This document shows positions 1 through 10,341 of a stretch of 64,000 nt of DNA, one piece after another. Both the position numbers and the translations under genes were made by a program. The number at the start of each line of letters is the position of its first letter. The first letter of the stretch is position 1. The notes under the pieces are model-generated. The model saw only the letters and a program-made list of their open reading frames with translations, ran no database searches and was not told the DNA's origin. This stretch comes from an uncultured Verrucomicrobiae bacterium (lineage in GTDB: Bacteria; Verrucomicrobiota; Verrucomicrobiia; Chthoniobacterales; JAFAMB01). The stretch spans positions 160,001 to 224,000 of the forward strand of contig CAVXLD010000007.1 of assembly GCA_963762565.1 (NCBI GenBank), in the 5' to 3' direction.

Positions 1-993
1 GTCGACTGTATAATGACGCCCGCCCCAACGGCCGGCGATCCGGTTCCCTTCGACTATCGTCCTAAATCTGTTGCGTTGACTGTCACCAGCGATGTCAAAA
101 TGTCGGCGAAAGGCACTGACATCGATATTAAGTCAGGCGACATCGTTTCTTCGCCTTTTATACCAGATTGCACGGACGGCGGCTGCATCGGCAAGATGAC
201 CGGCCAGCTCCCGATTGGCTTTGTGCCTCCCTTGACTAATGACTATCCGCTCATCCGGGTCTTCCGGATCGTGCAACCCTCTGACTACGCGCGAACGGTT
301 CTAATCGAACAACTCCGGGCTGCCGGTGTAAAGGTCCTGGCGCCGACGGTTGAGCCTAATCCGGTCCGACTGTTGCCTGCGAAGAATAGCTACAAGCCGG
401 ACGCGCGCGTAGCCGAGCTACAGGGACTTCCGTTTTCTGAAGACGCCAAATTTGTACTCAAAGTTAGTTACAACATCGGCGCGGATACCAGTTTGGTGCT
501 CTTTGGGTTAACTCAGGGTGTCAACGATATGAAGGCGGCTCTAGCGGCCGAACAGACAAACTTGCAAAATGGATATGGCATTGCGCCGGGCGAGTACCAC
601 TTCGTGGATGGTAGCGGTGGGGGGCCATCGACCGCCGAATGTCCAGCGGTGACCCGCTTTCTCACCGAGATGGTAACACGTCCCGCCTTCTCAGAATATA
701 AAGCCGGCTTCCCGATCATGGGAGTCGACGGCTCACTGGTGGGGGTTACGAACTTCGAATCTGATCCTAGTCTGGCAGGCGCCAAAGGGAACGTGTTTGC
801 CAAGCCCGGCACCTATGTGGCCTTTCCGACAATTGAAGGACAAGCCTTCGCGGGCTACATCGCTAGCAAGAGCGGACGGTCGTTGGTTTATGAAGTTGTG
901 GTTAACAACGTCCCATTTACAGGTGTCCAGGGCATCCTAAACATTTTCAACGACCAAGGCATTGTCTCCGCCATTCTGTGGCGCGATTACTAA
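1..993 (+). CDS. D-alanyl-D-alanine carboxypeptidase/endopeptidase (peptidase S13, PBP4-like), C-terminal part; gene probably starts left of the window
   Basis: SxN (SYN), DGSG and K-x-G (AKPGT) motifs; C-terminal AGYIASKSGRSLVY typical of S13; no SxxK seen, consistent with 5' truncation. Confidence 0.8.
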   Translation, partial: VDCIMTPAPTAGDPVPFDYRPKSVALTVTSDVKMSAKGTDIDIKSGDIVSSPFIPDCTDGGCIGKMTGQLPIGFVPPLTNDYPLIRVFRIVQPSDYARTVLIEQLRAAGVKVLAPTVEPNPVRLLPAKNSYKPDARVAELQGLPFSEDAKFVLKVSYNIGADTSLVLFGLTQGVNDMKAALAAEQTNLQNGYGIAPGEYHFVDGSGGGPSTAECPAVTRFLTEMVTRPAFSEYKAGFPIMGVDGSLVGVTNFESDPSLAGAKGNVFAKPGTYVAFPTIEGQAFAGYIASKSGRSLVYEVVVNNVPFTGVQGILNIFNDQGIVSAILWRDY

Positions 994-1421
994 CCAGGAG
1001 CGCCGGCGGACAGCGAAGGAAATCCTCGAGGTTAGTTAAAATGCGATGGGCGAGTTTGGGGTCACGTACTTCACAACCTGGCGGAGAATTTCGAAGGCAG
1101 CAGCGGAAGTAAATCGGTTTCGTCTAGAATTTCTGCATTTTTACAAAAATTATCTGAATTGCAAGTCAGGCTGGTCGAATTGGTTACGTGGTAAGTCCGG
1201 GAATTATTCATTTTCCGAAAATCAGCATTATAAGCGCTGAAATCGTTGGACAAATGGGCGAGCACGAAGATAAGACAGCAAACATTTAGTATCAGTCGTA
1301 GTGCATGGTTCTCGCTTTTGAAGCTTTATTAACGGTGACGATTAACGAGCTATAAATCTGGCGTGTCTTGCTAGGCGAAAGTTAGTTGCTTTTTGCGCCT
1401 CAGTCTGACTCTGAGTGCGCC

Positions 1422-1459
1422 GAGAGTGTCTGCGTCGGTGACGCGGGCACTCTCTTTTT
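1422..1459 (+). terminator. Intrinsic terminator-like hairpin plus T-tract
   Basis: GAGAGTGTCTGCGTC-GGT-GACGCGGGCACTCTC followed by TTTTT. Confidence 0.55.
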
Positions 1460-1797
1460 CTGTTCATGCATTTTCGGATAGTGTGTGAGCGATAGTTGGG
1501 CTGGAATCTGGTAACACGTGACAAGGTTGTTGCTGGTTGGCGGGGCTGTTGCCCCGATTATCTCAAGAGGCGCGAAGCGTTTACCCCGGAGCATTTCGGA
1601 GTTGTGACTCATGATAGCCTAGGGCGAAGCCCTAGGAACTCATTGAAAATGGGCCACGCACTGAAGGTGCGTTTCAATGATCGGCGCGGCACCGATATGC
1701 GTTTGGCCAGGCAACAGGAGTGAGGCGCGCACGCAGCTGAGCACGCAAAATTGATACGCGCCTTCAGCATCTCCAAACCGCTACGCGGGTTCTTTTC

Positions 1798-1963
1798 GGG
1801 GAGGGCGCGCGTTCCCGCGCGCCGCGAGGACCTGCCACCACGCAGCGGCGTATTTTCGTCCGCGATCAAAACACGTCCGCGGTTTCGATCACAACGGATC
1901 GCGAGGATGCGATCCCTCCCGGCAACACTCCCACACTCCATCACTCTGCGTGGCCGGATTCGA
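1798..1963 (+). repeat. REP-like dispersed repeat (~165 bp), copy 1
   Basis: Closely similar to 30564-30738; begins GGGAGGGCGCGCGTYCCCGCGCGCC palindrome. Confidence 0.75.
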
Positions 1964-2253
1964 GGACAGCCTGTCCGCCGTAGCCCAGGCTCTATGTTGC
2001 CAACCGCTCGAGTTCGGCCTCGCAAGCGAGGCGCGCTCCACAACCAGGCGTTGGCGAAGTCGGAAGGACGACGACGAGGACAGCCTGCCCGACGTAGCTT
2101 GTTGTCTGTAAGCTGCAACCCCTGTTCGCCAGCGAAGTCGGGAGAACGAAGCGCCTTGTGAGCGTTGGTCGGTGGCCACACCCATGGTGATGATCGTGGT
2201 GGAATTGTGACGATGAAAAGGCGAGAATAGCGTTTCTCAGTGCAAATTAAATT

Positions 2254-3687
2254 GTGACCGAAAAACTATTCGCTGATCTCGGCCTTTCTGACGCTTTGTT
2301 GCAAGCGATAGGTCGCCTCGGCTACGAAAAGGCGGCCCCAGTTCAAGCCGAAGCGATTCCGCTGATCATGGCCGGACATGATGTGGTAGGCCAATCGCAG
2401 ACTGGTTCCGGTAAGACGGCGGCGTTTTCGATTCCGACCGTTGAGTTCGTGGATCCAAAGAATCGCGCAGTACAAGCAGTCGTTCTTTGTCCAACGCGTG
2501 AACTCGCCATACAGGTCTCCGAAGAGATCTATAAATTGTCCGTCATCAAGCGCGGGATTCATTCGGTGCCGATCTACGGTGGTCAATCATACGATCGGCA
2601 GCTCCGAGCCTTGAAGCAGGGAGTGCAAATCGTCATCGGGACGCCAGGCCGGATCCTGGACCATTTGGACCGCGGAACGCTTAAATTAGGCGGGGTCCGC
2701 ATGGTGGTTCTGGACGAGGCAGATGAGATGCTCGATATGGGGTTTCGAGACGACATTGAGAAGATATTGGGCTCGATTCCGGAGAACCGGCAGTTCATCT
2801 GCTTTTCGGCGACAATGTCAAAACCGATCCTCGAGTTGATCAGGAGGTACGCGCCCAACGCCAAGTCGGTTCGGATTGAGCATAAAGTTCTGACGGTGCC
2901 AACCGTGGAACAGGGTTATTACGAGATCCGGGGACACTCAAAAACCGAGATATTAACCCGGGTTATTGATCTCTATGATTTGAAGCTCGGTATTATTTTC
3001 TGCAACACGAAACGAATGGTCGATAGCTTGACCGAAGAATTGGTCGCCCGCGGCTATTCCGCGGATCGCATCCATGGCGACATGAGTCAGAGCCAGCGAG
3101 ACCGGGTTATGAACAAGTTTCGGTCTTCCGGTTTGGAATTCTTGGTCGCGACCGACGTGGCCGCTCGCGGAATTGATGTCGACAATATTGAAGTGGTCTT
3201 CAACTACGATCTGCCATGGGACGAGGAAGATTATGTGCATCGGATTGGACGCACCGGCAGGATTGGCCGTTCCGGACGAGCATTTTCTTTCGTGGCCGGT
3301 AGAGAGATCTATAAGTTGCAGAGCATCGAACGCTTTGCTCGAATCAGAATTCCGCGGCATCAGGTACCCTCATTGGAACAGGTGGAACAAAAGCGAACGA
3401 ACCTGTTTTTTGAGCGGATTCGAAAGAGCTTGAAGCAAGGCGAATTTCGAGAAGAGACGAGAATCGTTGATCGGCTGCTGGAGCAAGGATTTACTTCGAC
3501 GGATATCGCTTGTGCTCTGGTTCGAGAGTTACGGCAAGAAGAGACCCGGCGCGCTGACAAAGCGGCGAACGCCGAAAGTACGATAAACCGCGAAAATTTG
3601 CCGGCCGAAAACGGGAAACGCTTCTCGCCATCGAACCCGAAGAGAAGGGCCGACAAGAAGCAGCGACGAGAAGGCAAACGCAGGTAG
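2254..3687 (+). CDS. DEAD-box ATP-dependent RNA helicase (DeaD/CshA-like)
   Basis: Q motif, TGSGKT, PTRELA, TPGR, DEAD, SAT, ARGID, HRIGRTGR. Confidence 0.95.
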   Translation: MTEKLFADLGLSDALLQAIGRLGYEKAAPVQAEAIPLIMAGHDVVGQSQTGSGKTAAFSIPTVEFVDPKNRAVQAVVLCPTRELAIQVSEEIYKLSVIKRGIHSVPIYGGQSYDRQLRALKQGVQIVIGTPGRILDHLDRGTLKLGGVRMVVLDEADEMLDMGFRDDIEKILGSIPENRQFICFSATMSKPILELIRRYAPNAKSVRIEHKVLTVPTVEQGYYEIRGHSKTEILTRVIDLYDLKLGIIFCNTKRMVDSLTEELVARGYSADRIHGDMSQSQRDRVMNKFRSSGLEFLVATDVAARGIDVDNIEVVFNYDLPWDEEDYVHRIGRTGRIGRSGRAFSFVAGREIYKLQSIERFARIRIPRHQVPSLEQVEQKRTNLFFERIRKSLKQGEFREETRIVDRLLEQGFTSTDIACALVRELRQEETRRADKAANAESTINRENLPAENGKRFSPSNPKRRADKKQRREGKRR

Positions 3688-3913
3688 CGGCTGCGCGGAG
3701 GCGACTCAAAGAAACGCGTGTTAAAAACGGGCTGCCGCCAACTACCTTTCACACCAAAGGCCACAAAGGACACGAAGACAAACCTTTGGCCCAAGAGCTA
3801 ACAGAGGATAGAGCCCGTACGATCCTCTTGCCAGCGCCGGCAAGTATTTAGTCTCTGTTGCCTCCGTTACCGTTCGGCTGACGCTATGCCCGTTTATTTG
3901 CTGTAAATCGGCC

Positions 3914-3945
3914 TTGACCCTGGACCTTGGTCCAGGGTGTAGACT
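3914..3945 (+). promoter_or_regulatory. MerR-type promoter/operator (ZntR-like 20-bp spacer)
   Basis: TTGACC-N20-TAGACT with perfect palindrome ACCCTGGACC-TT-GGTCCAGGGT (3917-3938). Confidence 0.85.
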
Positions 3946-3958
3946 CGAAAACTAGAAC

Positions 3959-4720
3959 ATGAAGACTGTGAACAGGTCGATGACAGTTGGAGCGTTGGCA
4001 ACGCAGGCTGGTGTCAAGATCGACACCATCCGGTATTACGAGCGACATGGACTTTTGCCGAAAGCGTCTCGGACGAATTCAGGATATCGAATATTTACGA
4101 GCGCTTCGGTGGAACGGTTGAAGTTCATCAAACAGGCTCAAGCCTTAGGATTTACTCTGATTGAGGTAAAGCAGCTTCTCTCCCTGCGCGTCAGCCCTGG
4201 CATGACCTGCAATGATGTCCGGAAGCGAGCCGACGCAAAGTTGGCTGACATTCAGTACAAGATCGATTCGCTTCACGCCATGAAGCGCGCTCTTCAGCAG
4301 CTGGTATCAGCATGCGAGGCTGTCGGACCAGCCAGCGAATGCTCCTTTTTAGCGAACTTGCATCTCGAGCTGCCGATCGCGTGCGCTTTAGATCAAACGC
4401 AGTTCGCGGAACGAAAGCAGTTGGTTGAGCGTCTCGCGGGACAGGCTACTGAACGTCAAACGCTGCCGAATGGAGTTCGTCTCAAATTCGAGCCAATCTC
4501 TGGTCGAGCGACCGAGCTTGCCAGGTTCGTGGATCTGGAACGATCTTGCTGCCCTTTTCTCACCTTTCGGATTGATGCGAAGCCAGGAGAACCCATTTCG
4601 TTAGAACTGACTGGTCCGATTCCCGCCCAGCAGATTATCCGAGAACTTATCCCAGAGACGGTTTCGAAATTGGGGCGAATCCTACCTACCGCCATCTCAT
4701 GTCGGCTCGACTCGAAGTAA
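3959..4720 (+). CDS. Heavy-metal-responsive MerR-family regulator with extra C-terminal Cys-containing domain
   Basis: MerR HTH (TIRYYERHGLL..GYRIF), Cys in C-terminal metal site, then PIACAL...ERSCCPFLTF domain. Confidence 0.85.
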   Translation: MKTVNRSMTVGALATQAGVKIDTIRYYERHGLLPKASRTNSGYRIFTSASVERLKFIKQAQALGFTLIEVKQLLSLRVSPGMTCNDVRKRADAKLADIQYKIDSLHAMKRALQQLVSACEAVGPASECSFLANLHLELPIACALDQTQFAERKQLVERLAGQATERQTLPNGVRLKFEPISGRATELARFVDLERSCCPFLTFRIDAKPGEPISLELTGPIPAQQIIRELIPETVSKLGRILPTAISCRLDSK

Positions 4721-6937
4721 TCGAAGAGCATTGGCGATCACGATAAGGGTGGCGCCGGTATCGGCAGCAATAGCGAGCCAGAGGCTGGTGTAGCCGGCAA
4801 GAGCTAGCACGAGGAAAACCAGCTTTATGGCGAGAGCGAAAGCGATATTGAACTGGATCACGCGCACGGTGCGCCGGCCAAGATGAACGGCTTCGGCAAC
4901 TTTGCTCAGATCGTCGTTCATTAACGCGATGTCGGCCGTTTCAAGAGCCGTATCGGTTCCGGCTGCACCCATTGCGATACCGACCGTCGCCGCAGCCATC
5001 GCGGGCGCGTCGTTCACACCATCGCCAATCATGGCGACCTGTTTGTACTCGGTCAGTAAGGTCCGGACTCGCTCGATCTTTTGATCGGGCAATAGATCGC
5101 CGTGCGCTTCGTCGATGCCAGCTTGTTGCGCGATAGCATTGACAGTGCGCTGGTTATCGCCGCTGAGCATAACGACCTTTCGGACTCCGGTAGCATGCAG
5201 GCTGCGAATAGCATCGGGGGCGTTGGAACGCATCGTGTCGCCGACCGCAATTATACCCAGCACTTCGCCGGCGCAATCGGCGTGCGGCTTATGGCCGACA
5301 ATCACGACTGATTGCCCTTGCTCTTCAACGTCAGCTAGAATTTTCTCAATTTCCTCCGAGCAGACAGCGAGTTCGTGCATGAAGCGGTGATTACCGACGA
5401 AGTAATGATGCCCAGCGAGCTCGGCCTCGGCGCCACGGCCGGTGTGGGCCTGATAGTTTTCGCTTCGCGGAAAATCGATGCCGCGCGCCTCGGCATATTT
5501 CACTACTGCCTGCGCCAGGGGATGATCTGAATGCGTGTCGATCGCAGCTGCGACTCGCGCGATCTCAGCCTCATCGGTGGAGTTTATCGGGACGACGCGG
5601 GTGACGCGCGGACGTCCTTCGGTGATCGTACCGGTCTTATCAACGGCGAGGGCTTTGAGTTGTCCGATCGCTTCAAGAAACGCACCGCCTTTGATGAGCA
5701 CACCGCGGCGAGCCATAGCCGTCAAACCCGAGACGATCGACACCGGAGTCGAGATCACCAAGGCACACGGGCAGGCGATAACCAGCAGCACTAGCGCTCG
5801 GTAAAACCACAAACCCCATGCCGCGCCGGCAATAATTGGCGGGATCAGGAAGACGAGAAGAGCCAGCGCCATCACCGAGGGCGTATAGTATTTCGCAAAC
5901 AGATCCACAAACCGTTGCGAGAGCGCCTTCTGCGATTGCGCCTCCTCCACCAGGTGAATAATTTTCGCGAGAGTGGTGTCAGAATAGCCTTTAGTGACGC
6001 GCACTTCGAGCGAGCCTTCGCCGTTGATTGTACCGGCAAAAATCTGGTCGCCTTGCTTCTTCTCCGCCGGCATCGATTCGCCGGTTATCGGGGCCTGATT
6101 AACAGATGAGGCGCCACTAATTACAGTGCCATCCAACGGTATGCGGGCCCCGGATTTCACCGCGATGACGTCATCAACGGAGACTTTCTCAACCGGCACT
6201 TCGTCGAACCGGTTGCCATTCTTTAGCAGCGCGGTTTCCGGTGCAAGTTTCAGCAGCGACTGGATCGCCTGTCGCGCGCGTGCCACGCTAAACGACTCCA
6301 GTAGCTCTGATAGTGCAAACAGGAACGCCACGGCCGCCCCTTCTGACCACTCACCGATACCCGCTGCGCCGAGCACAGCGATGGTCATCAGCAGGTTCAT
6401 ATCCGGCGCAAAGCGTCGCGTGGCCGCAAGCGCCTTCGGCGCAATGAACCAACCGCCGGAAATGATCGCCACCAGGAAACAACCAAGGGCTGCCGGTTTC
6501 GGTGCGAAATGCGTCCCTGGGATCAGGAGGCCAAAGAGAGTGAACGCGCCCGAGACGCAGACAGCAACGAGTCTCTGCTTTTGCCTTTGCTGCGCATCGT
6601 CAGTAACTTTCTGTCCTTCGCGGGTCGCTTTGAGGCCTGTGGCGTCGATTGCTTTGATCAATACTTCCGGTGTCACACTTTCGTCGTGAGCAATGATTGC
6701 TTTGCCCGACATCACATTTACTCTCACGTCACGGACGCCAATCAGCGGCTTGAGCGCTCGGCGGATGGCTGACACTTCCTCGGCACAGTCGACTCCTGCT
6801 ACTTGTAACGTGGTCTGCATACGTCCAGCTGTGCTCGAGTTAAGCTCCGTTTCAGCGAGTGATGTTTCGTGCGAACAGCACGCACGCTCGTTATGCAAGT
6901 GAGGTTCGTGGTCGTGATGTTGGTCGAGGCTAACCAT
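4697..6937 (-). CDS. cadA: Cd/Zn/Pb-translocating P1B-type ATPase (CadA/ZntA)
   Basis: His-rich N-terminus, HMA-like domain, TGES, CPC, DKTGT, HP, GDGVNDAP. Confidence 0.9.
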   Translation of the reverse strand: MVSLDQHHDHEPHLHNERACCSHETSLAETELNSSTAGRMQTTLQVAGVDCAEEVSAIRRALKPLIGVRDVRVNVMSGKAIIAHDESVTPEVLIKAIDATGLKATREGQKVTDDAQQRQKQRLVAVCVSGAFTLFGLLIPGTHFAPKPAALGCFLVAIISGGWFIAPKALAATRRFAPDMNLLMTIAVLGAAGIGEWSEGAAVAFLFALSELLESFSVARARQAIQSLLKLAPETALLKNGNRFDEVPVEKVSVDDVIAVKSGARIPLDGTVISGASSVNQAPITGESMPAEKKQGDQIFAGTINGEGSLEVRVTKGYSDTTLAKIIHLVEEAQSQKALSQRFVDLFAKYYTPSVMALALLVFLIPPIIAGAAWGLWFYRALVLLVIACPCALVISTPVSIVSGLTAMARRGVLIKGGAFLEAIGQLKALAVDKTGTITEGRPRVTRVVPINSTDEAEIARVAAAIDTHSDHPLAQAVVKYAEARGIDFPRSENYQAHTGRGAEAELAGHHYFVGNHRFMHELAVCSEEIEKILADVEEQGQSVVIVGHKPHADCAGEVLGIIAVGDTMRSNAPDAIRSLHATGVRKVVMLSGDNQRTVNAIAQQAGIDEAHGDLLPDQKIERVRTLLTEYKQVAMIGDGVNDAPAMAAATVGIAMGAAGTDTALETADIALMNDDLSKVAEAVHLGRRTVRVIQFNIAFALAIKLVFLVLALAGYTSLWLAIAADTGATLIVIANALRLLRVEPT

Positions 6938-7022
6938 TTGTGAGGTCGGTAGTATTTTTCGATCGCCGTGACATTACTCAGGTCGGCAGGCATACCTGAG
7001 GTTTCACCATTGTTATTTGCGC

Positions 7023-7053
7023 ACTAAAGACCCTGTAGTTACTATAGGGTCAA
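7023..7053 (-). promoter_or_regulatory. CadR/PbrR-type operator-promoter of the ATPase
   Basis: Minus strand TTGACC-CTATAGTAACTACAGGGTC(19 nt)-TTTAGT, dyad in spacer. Confidence 0.85.
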
Positions 7054-7086
7054 GCGATGTATTTTGGATCGACGGAAGGCTTGCCT

Positions 7087-7557
7087 ATGAGCATTAATTT
7101 GAAAATCGGGGAGCTCGCCAAGCGAACCGGCTCTCAGGTAGAAACAATTCGCTATTACGAACGGGAGGGACTGCTACCCGAGCCTTTGCGTTCAGAAGGA
7201 AACTACAGGCTCTATTCAGACACTCACCTCGAGCGTCTTCTATTTATCCGGCACTGCCGTTCGTTGGATATGACACTGGAGGAAATCCGCAACCTACTCA
7301 AACTCCGCGATGCTCCAGACGACAATTGCGGAGAAGTGAATGCTTTGCTCGATGAGCACATTCAGCACGTGGCCAAGCGAATCAAAGAATTGAAATTGTT
7401 ACAAAAGAACTTGAGAGAGTTGCGGAATCTCTGCCTGCAAACACAGGCGACCAAAGATTGTCGGATTCTTCAGTCGCTGGGAAGTCTAGTAAAGAACCGG
7501 TTACAGTCGTCGGATGTTGAGCATCGGAACAGCCGCTTGCACAAGACGCATCGATGA
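7087..7557 (+). CDS. cadR: Cd(II)/Pb(II)-responsive MerR-family regulator
   Basis: KIGELAK..ETIRYYEREGLL, FIRHCRSLDMTLEEI, three conserved Cys, His-containing tail; divergent from ATPase. Confidence 0.9.
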   Translation: MSINLKIGELAKRTGSQVETIRYYEREGLLPEPLRSEGNYRLYSDTHLERLLFIRHCRSLDMTLEEIRNLLKLRDAPDDNCGEVNALLDEHIQHVAKRIKELKLLQKNLRELRNLCLQTQATKDCRILQSLGSLVKNRLQSSDVEHRNSRLHKTHR

Positions 7558-7642
7558 TCTGAATCACTCAAGGTTTTTCTGGGGTAACCGATCTGTTCTG
7601 AAGCGCTGCAGCCCGAAGAACCGCTGTCGTTTGACGGTTCTG

Positions 7643-8158
7643 TTAGTCATTGTCTTGTGCGGTTGTGTTATCGGTTTTGCTGATCTCTTTCGTGGCGTGC
7701 TCAAGCCGGAGCCGGTCGAGCTTATCGAAGGGCAAACTGCAAAAGATCTCTAGGCGACGATGAATCTGGCGCGAGACCTGCCAGAAATGGCGATAGGTTT
7801 CTTCTTCGGTGCCAACAAAATCAGCCGGATCAGGTGACGGCCAATGGGCGATGATCGGCTGCCCCGGCCAGAACGGACAGCGCTCCTTGGCGTTGTCGCA
7901 GACCGTGATCACGAAGTCAAAAACGTAGCCTTTGTATTCGTCCCAGGACTTAGACCGAGCTGCGGAAGCGTCCATCTCGTAACTTTCTTGTAGTACGCGA
8001 ATGGCATAAGGATTAACGAATGGTCGAGGGTCGGCTCCGGCGCTAAAGGATTCAAATCTTTGTTTCCCCAGCCTGCGAATCAGGTATTCGCAAAAGATGC
8101 TGCGGGCGCTATTGCCGGTGCACAAGAATAGAATCTTGAAGGGGCGGTCTGGGTTCAT
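7643..8158 (-). CDS. arsC: Arsenate reductase (LMW-PTP/thioredoxin-type)
   Basis: FLCTGNSARS P-loop, ITVCDNAKERCPFWPG, HW..DP. Confidence 0.9.
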   Translation of the reverse strand: MNPDRPFKILFLCTGNSARSIFCEYLIRRLGKQRFESFSAGADPRPFVNPYAIRVLQESYEMDASAARSKSWDEYKGYVFDFVITVCDNAKERCPFWPGQPIIAHWPSPDPADFVGTEEETYRHFWQVSRQIHRRLEIFCSLPFDKLDRLRLEHATKEISKTDNTTAQDND

Positions 8159-8168
8159 TTTAATTTAA

Positions 8169-8567
8169 CTACCGCTTAGGTTTAGCTAGTTTCCCTTTTC
8201 CCGGTGTTTTCGCAGTTCCTTCACAAATCGGGGAGGGCGATCGGCTCAACGCCTTTCGTAACCGCGACAAATCAGCAGCGCACACCGGATCCAATCGTAC
8301 GCAATCCGCCAAGCAATTCAGATTGAGCTGTAGGCATCGGTCTGCCGATGGTTTCAAGCGATACACCTTCCATGTCTGGACCCGTTCAAATTCGACGATG
8401 CCGGCTTTCCGCAGGTAGGCAAGGTGCTGGGAAGTATTTACCTGCTGCAAATCCAAAACATCTTGGACGTGGCAAACACAAAGAGGCTGCTGAAGCAAAA
8501 GATTCAGGATCCTTAAGCGGGTCGGATCGGAAAAAGCTCGATAAATCTCCGGCAATGGAGTAGGCAT
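8169..8567 (-). CDS. arsR: ArsR/SmtB-family repressor
   Basis: SDPTRLRILNLL, LCVCH, SQHLAYLR. Confidence 0.9.
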   Translation of the reverse strand: MPTPLPEIYRAFSDPTRLRILNLLLQQPLCVCHVQDVLDLQQVNTSQHLAYLRKAGIVEFERVQTWKVYRLKPSADRCLQLNLNCLADCVRLDPVCAADLSRLRKALSRSPSPICEGTAKTPGKGKLAKPKR

Positions 8568-8580
8568 CAGTGACTACAAC

Positions 8581-8605
8581 ATAAGTGGACACTTATATAA
8601 GTCAA
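8581..8605 (-). promoter_or_regulatory. Putative ArsR operator and -35 box
   Basis: Inverted repeat ATAAGTG-GA-CACTTAT (8581-8596) just upstream of arsR; TTGACT on minus strand at 8600-8605. Confidence 0.65.
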
Positions 8606-8692
8606 TGACAGTATTGATGGGGAGTCAGCATTTAAACGCCATAGTTAATTCTTCTTGCAACCTTTCTTTTTAAAAGGAGTCGTCATGGTTAG

Positions 8693-9277
8693 ATGAAGCA
8701 TAACGAACACCCCGTTTTCCTCGATCAAATGGCCGAGCGATTTCGAAGAGAGATCTTTGCCTATATCCAGACTAAGGTGGGAGACCGGGCCGCGGCGGAG
8801 GATCTGACGCAGGAGACCTTTCTCAAGGTTCAGAATTCGTTATCTAAAGGGACTGAACCCGAACATTTCCGCGGTTGGATCTATACAATCGCGCGCAATT
8901 CAGTTGTCGACTTTATGAATCAAAGGCGGCGGTTTTTGGCACTTGATGAGGCACGGGACGCTGCCCAGATCCAACCGTCGGAAGTCGGCGATGCAAATGA
9001 CAGCGAATTTCGCAAACGCCTCTTTTCTTACGCTCTCCAGGTGATCGAAACCTTGCCGATGGAGGATCGTGAAGCCCTGACCCTGACAGAAATTGATGGT
9101 TTGAGCCGCGAGGAATTAGCCAGCGAGCTGGGTATTTCTCTCACGGCAACAAAATCCCGAGTTCACCGTGCTCGAGCTAAGCTTCGAAAAACAGTCGAAG
9201 AGTGCTGTCGTCTAGTGACTGACCCTTATGGCCGAGTCATTGATTGGAAGAAGCGGAGAACATCGTGTCGCGAATAG
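8693..9277 (+). CDS. ECF RNA polymerase sigma factor (SigZ-like)
   Basis: AEDLTQETFLK, WIYTIARN, region 4 KSRVHRARAKL, C-terminal ECC..D..G.VID. Confidence 0.85.
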   Translation: MKHNEHPVFLDQMAERFRREIFAYIQTKVGDRAAAEDLTQETFLKVQNSLSKGTEPEHFRGWIYTIARNSVVDFMNQRRRFLALDEARDAAQIQPSEVGDANDSEFRKRLFSYALQVIETLPMEDREALTLTEIDGLSREELASELGISLTATKSRVHRARAKLRKTVEECCRLVTDPYGRVIDWKKRRTSCRE

Positions 9278-9600
9278 GGGAGTTTTGCCACCTAGTCCTG
9301 TAGGAAACCAGGATTGCGACTAACAGGACGTTAAGAAGAGCAATCGCCAGGAGAGCAAAAAGTACCTCCGTAGGGCCTCGAGTTTCCAGAACTACGGCGG
9401 CCGCTATCGGAGAAATAGCCTGCGCCAATAGACTCGGCGCAGCCAATCGCCCCATCAGGACGGCGTACCCATCGGCTCCCAACAAAGCGAGCGGGACGGT
9501 TCCTCGCGCAATGGACATGACGCCCATTCCCGCTCCATGAAAGACAAGTGCCAATGCGATGATCGGTAAATCAAGTGACAAGATCAAAAGGCCACTAGCG
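9237..9600 (-). pseudogene. C-terminal fragment of an MFS transporter (ArsK-like)
   Basis: GAGMGVMSIARGTVPLALLG..GY..LMGRLAAPSL; only ~4 TM helices, N-terminus missing. Confidence 0.65.
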
Positions 9601-9710
9601 AAGATTTGGGTCACGCCGAGTGCCGCAACGGTAGTAATTTGCTGCGGCTCTCGGTCTTGCGAGTTGTTAGAACGCGGGCGAGCTCGGATCATCCCGTCAT
9701 GTTTTTTGGA

Positions 9711-10283
9711 TTACCGGCAACAAATAGCTTCAGCACGGGCTTTGCTGTGATTCTCGCGATCCCTCGCTTTGCAGGTCACCGCGGGAGCGCGCAGGTGAAC
9801 GAGGATCAGCGCTTCTCGTGATTCCAGGCGCTCGACATGATAACTAGCAGCTGCCCTGTGCGCGTCGCCGTACTCAAACCGCAGCTCGGCGTTATCAGAA
9901 ACGGGAATGTGCTCCACCACGCGATCATAGATAGCCAGAAATTTTTTCACCGTCATATATCCACGTTCTGGCTCGTCGCCCGGATTCCATAGCTGGATCA
10001 CGGTTTCGTCCCAACTATCGGCGACTCCGCCACAGTCCATCGTGCTATAGGTGACTGCCTTGACTTCCGTAACATGATATCCAGCTCCAACCAACACTGC
10101 TTGATCAAGCTGAAAGACAACCTGCTGATCGGGTTTGGCGCCACGCAATCTGTCTAAGAAAACTCGGGTGCTAGTTGTTTTGCTCGTGCTGCAGCAATCC
10201 TGACCTTCGGCCCTCGTAGCGAGAGGTTCTCCACCTTGGTCCCTGATCTCCAGAACGGCTTGATTCGTATAGGTATTCTCCAA
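9711..10283 (-). CDS. DUF6428-like protein (often found near ars genes)
   Basis: GYHVTEVK..MDCGG..W.ETVIQLW motif, TCKA, terminal CC. Confidence 0.7.
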   Translation of the reverse strand: MENTYTNQAVLEIRDQGGEPLATRAEGQDCCSTSKTTSTRVFLDRLRGAKPDQQVVFQLDQAVLVGAGYHVTEVKAVTYSTMDCGGVADSWDETVIQLWNPGDEPERGYMTVKKFLAIYDRVVEHIPVSDNAELRFEYGDAHRAAASYHVERLESREALILVHLRAPAVTCKARDRENHSKARAEAICCR

Positions 10284-10341
10284 TCAAGAAGACTCACCCC
10301 GATGGCTTTGGTCGCGGGCTTTTTGAGAACCCGCATTCCTC

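Noticed and set aside
1609..2185. ORFs of 98-190 aa in the intergenic gap
   Set aside because: Arg/Pro-rich translations of REP-like repeats with no recognisable motifs
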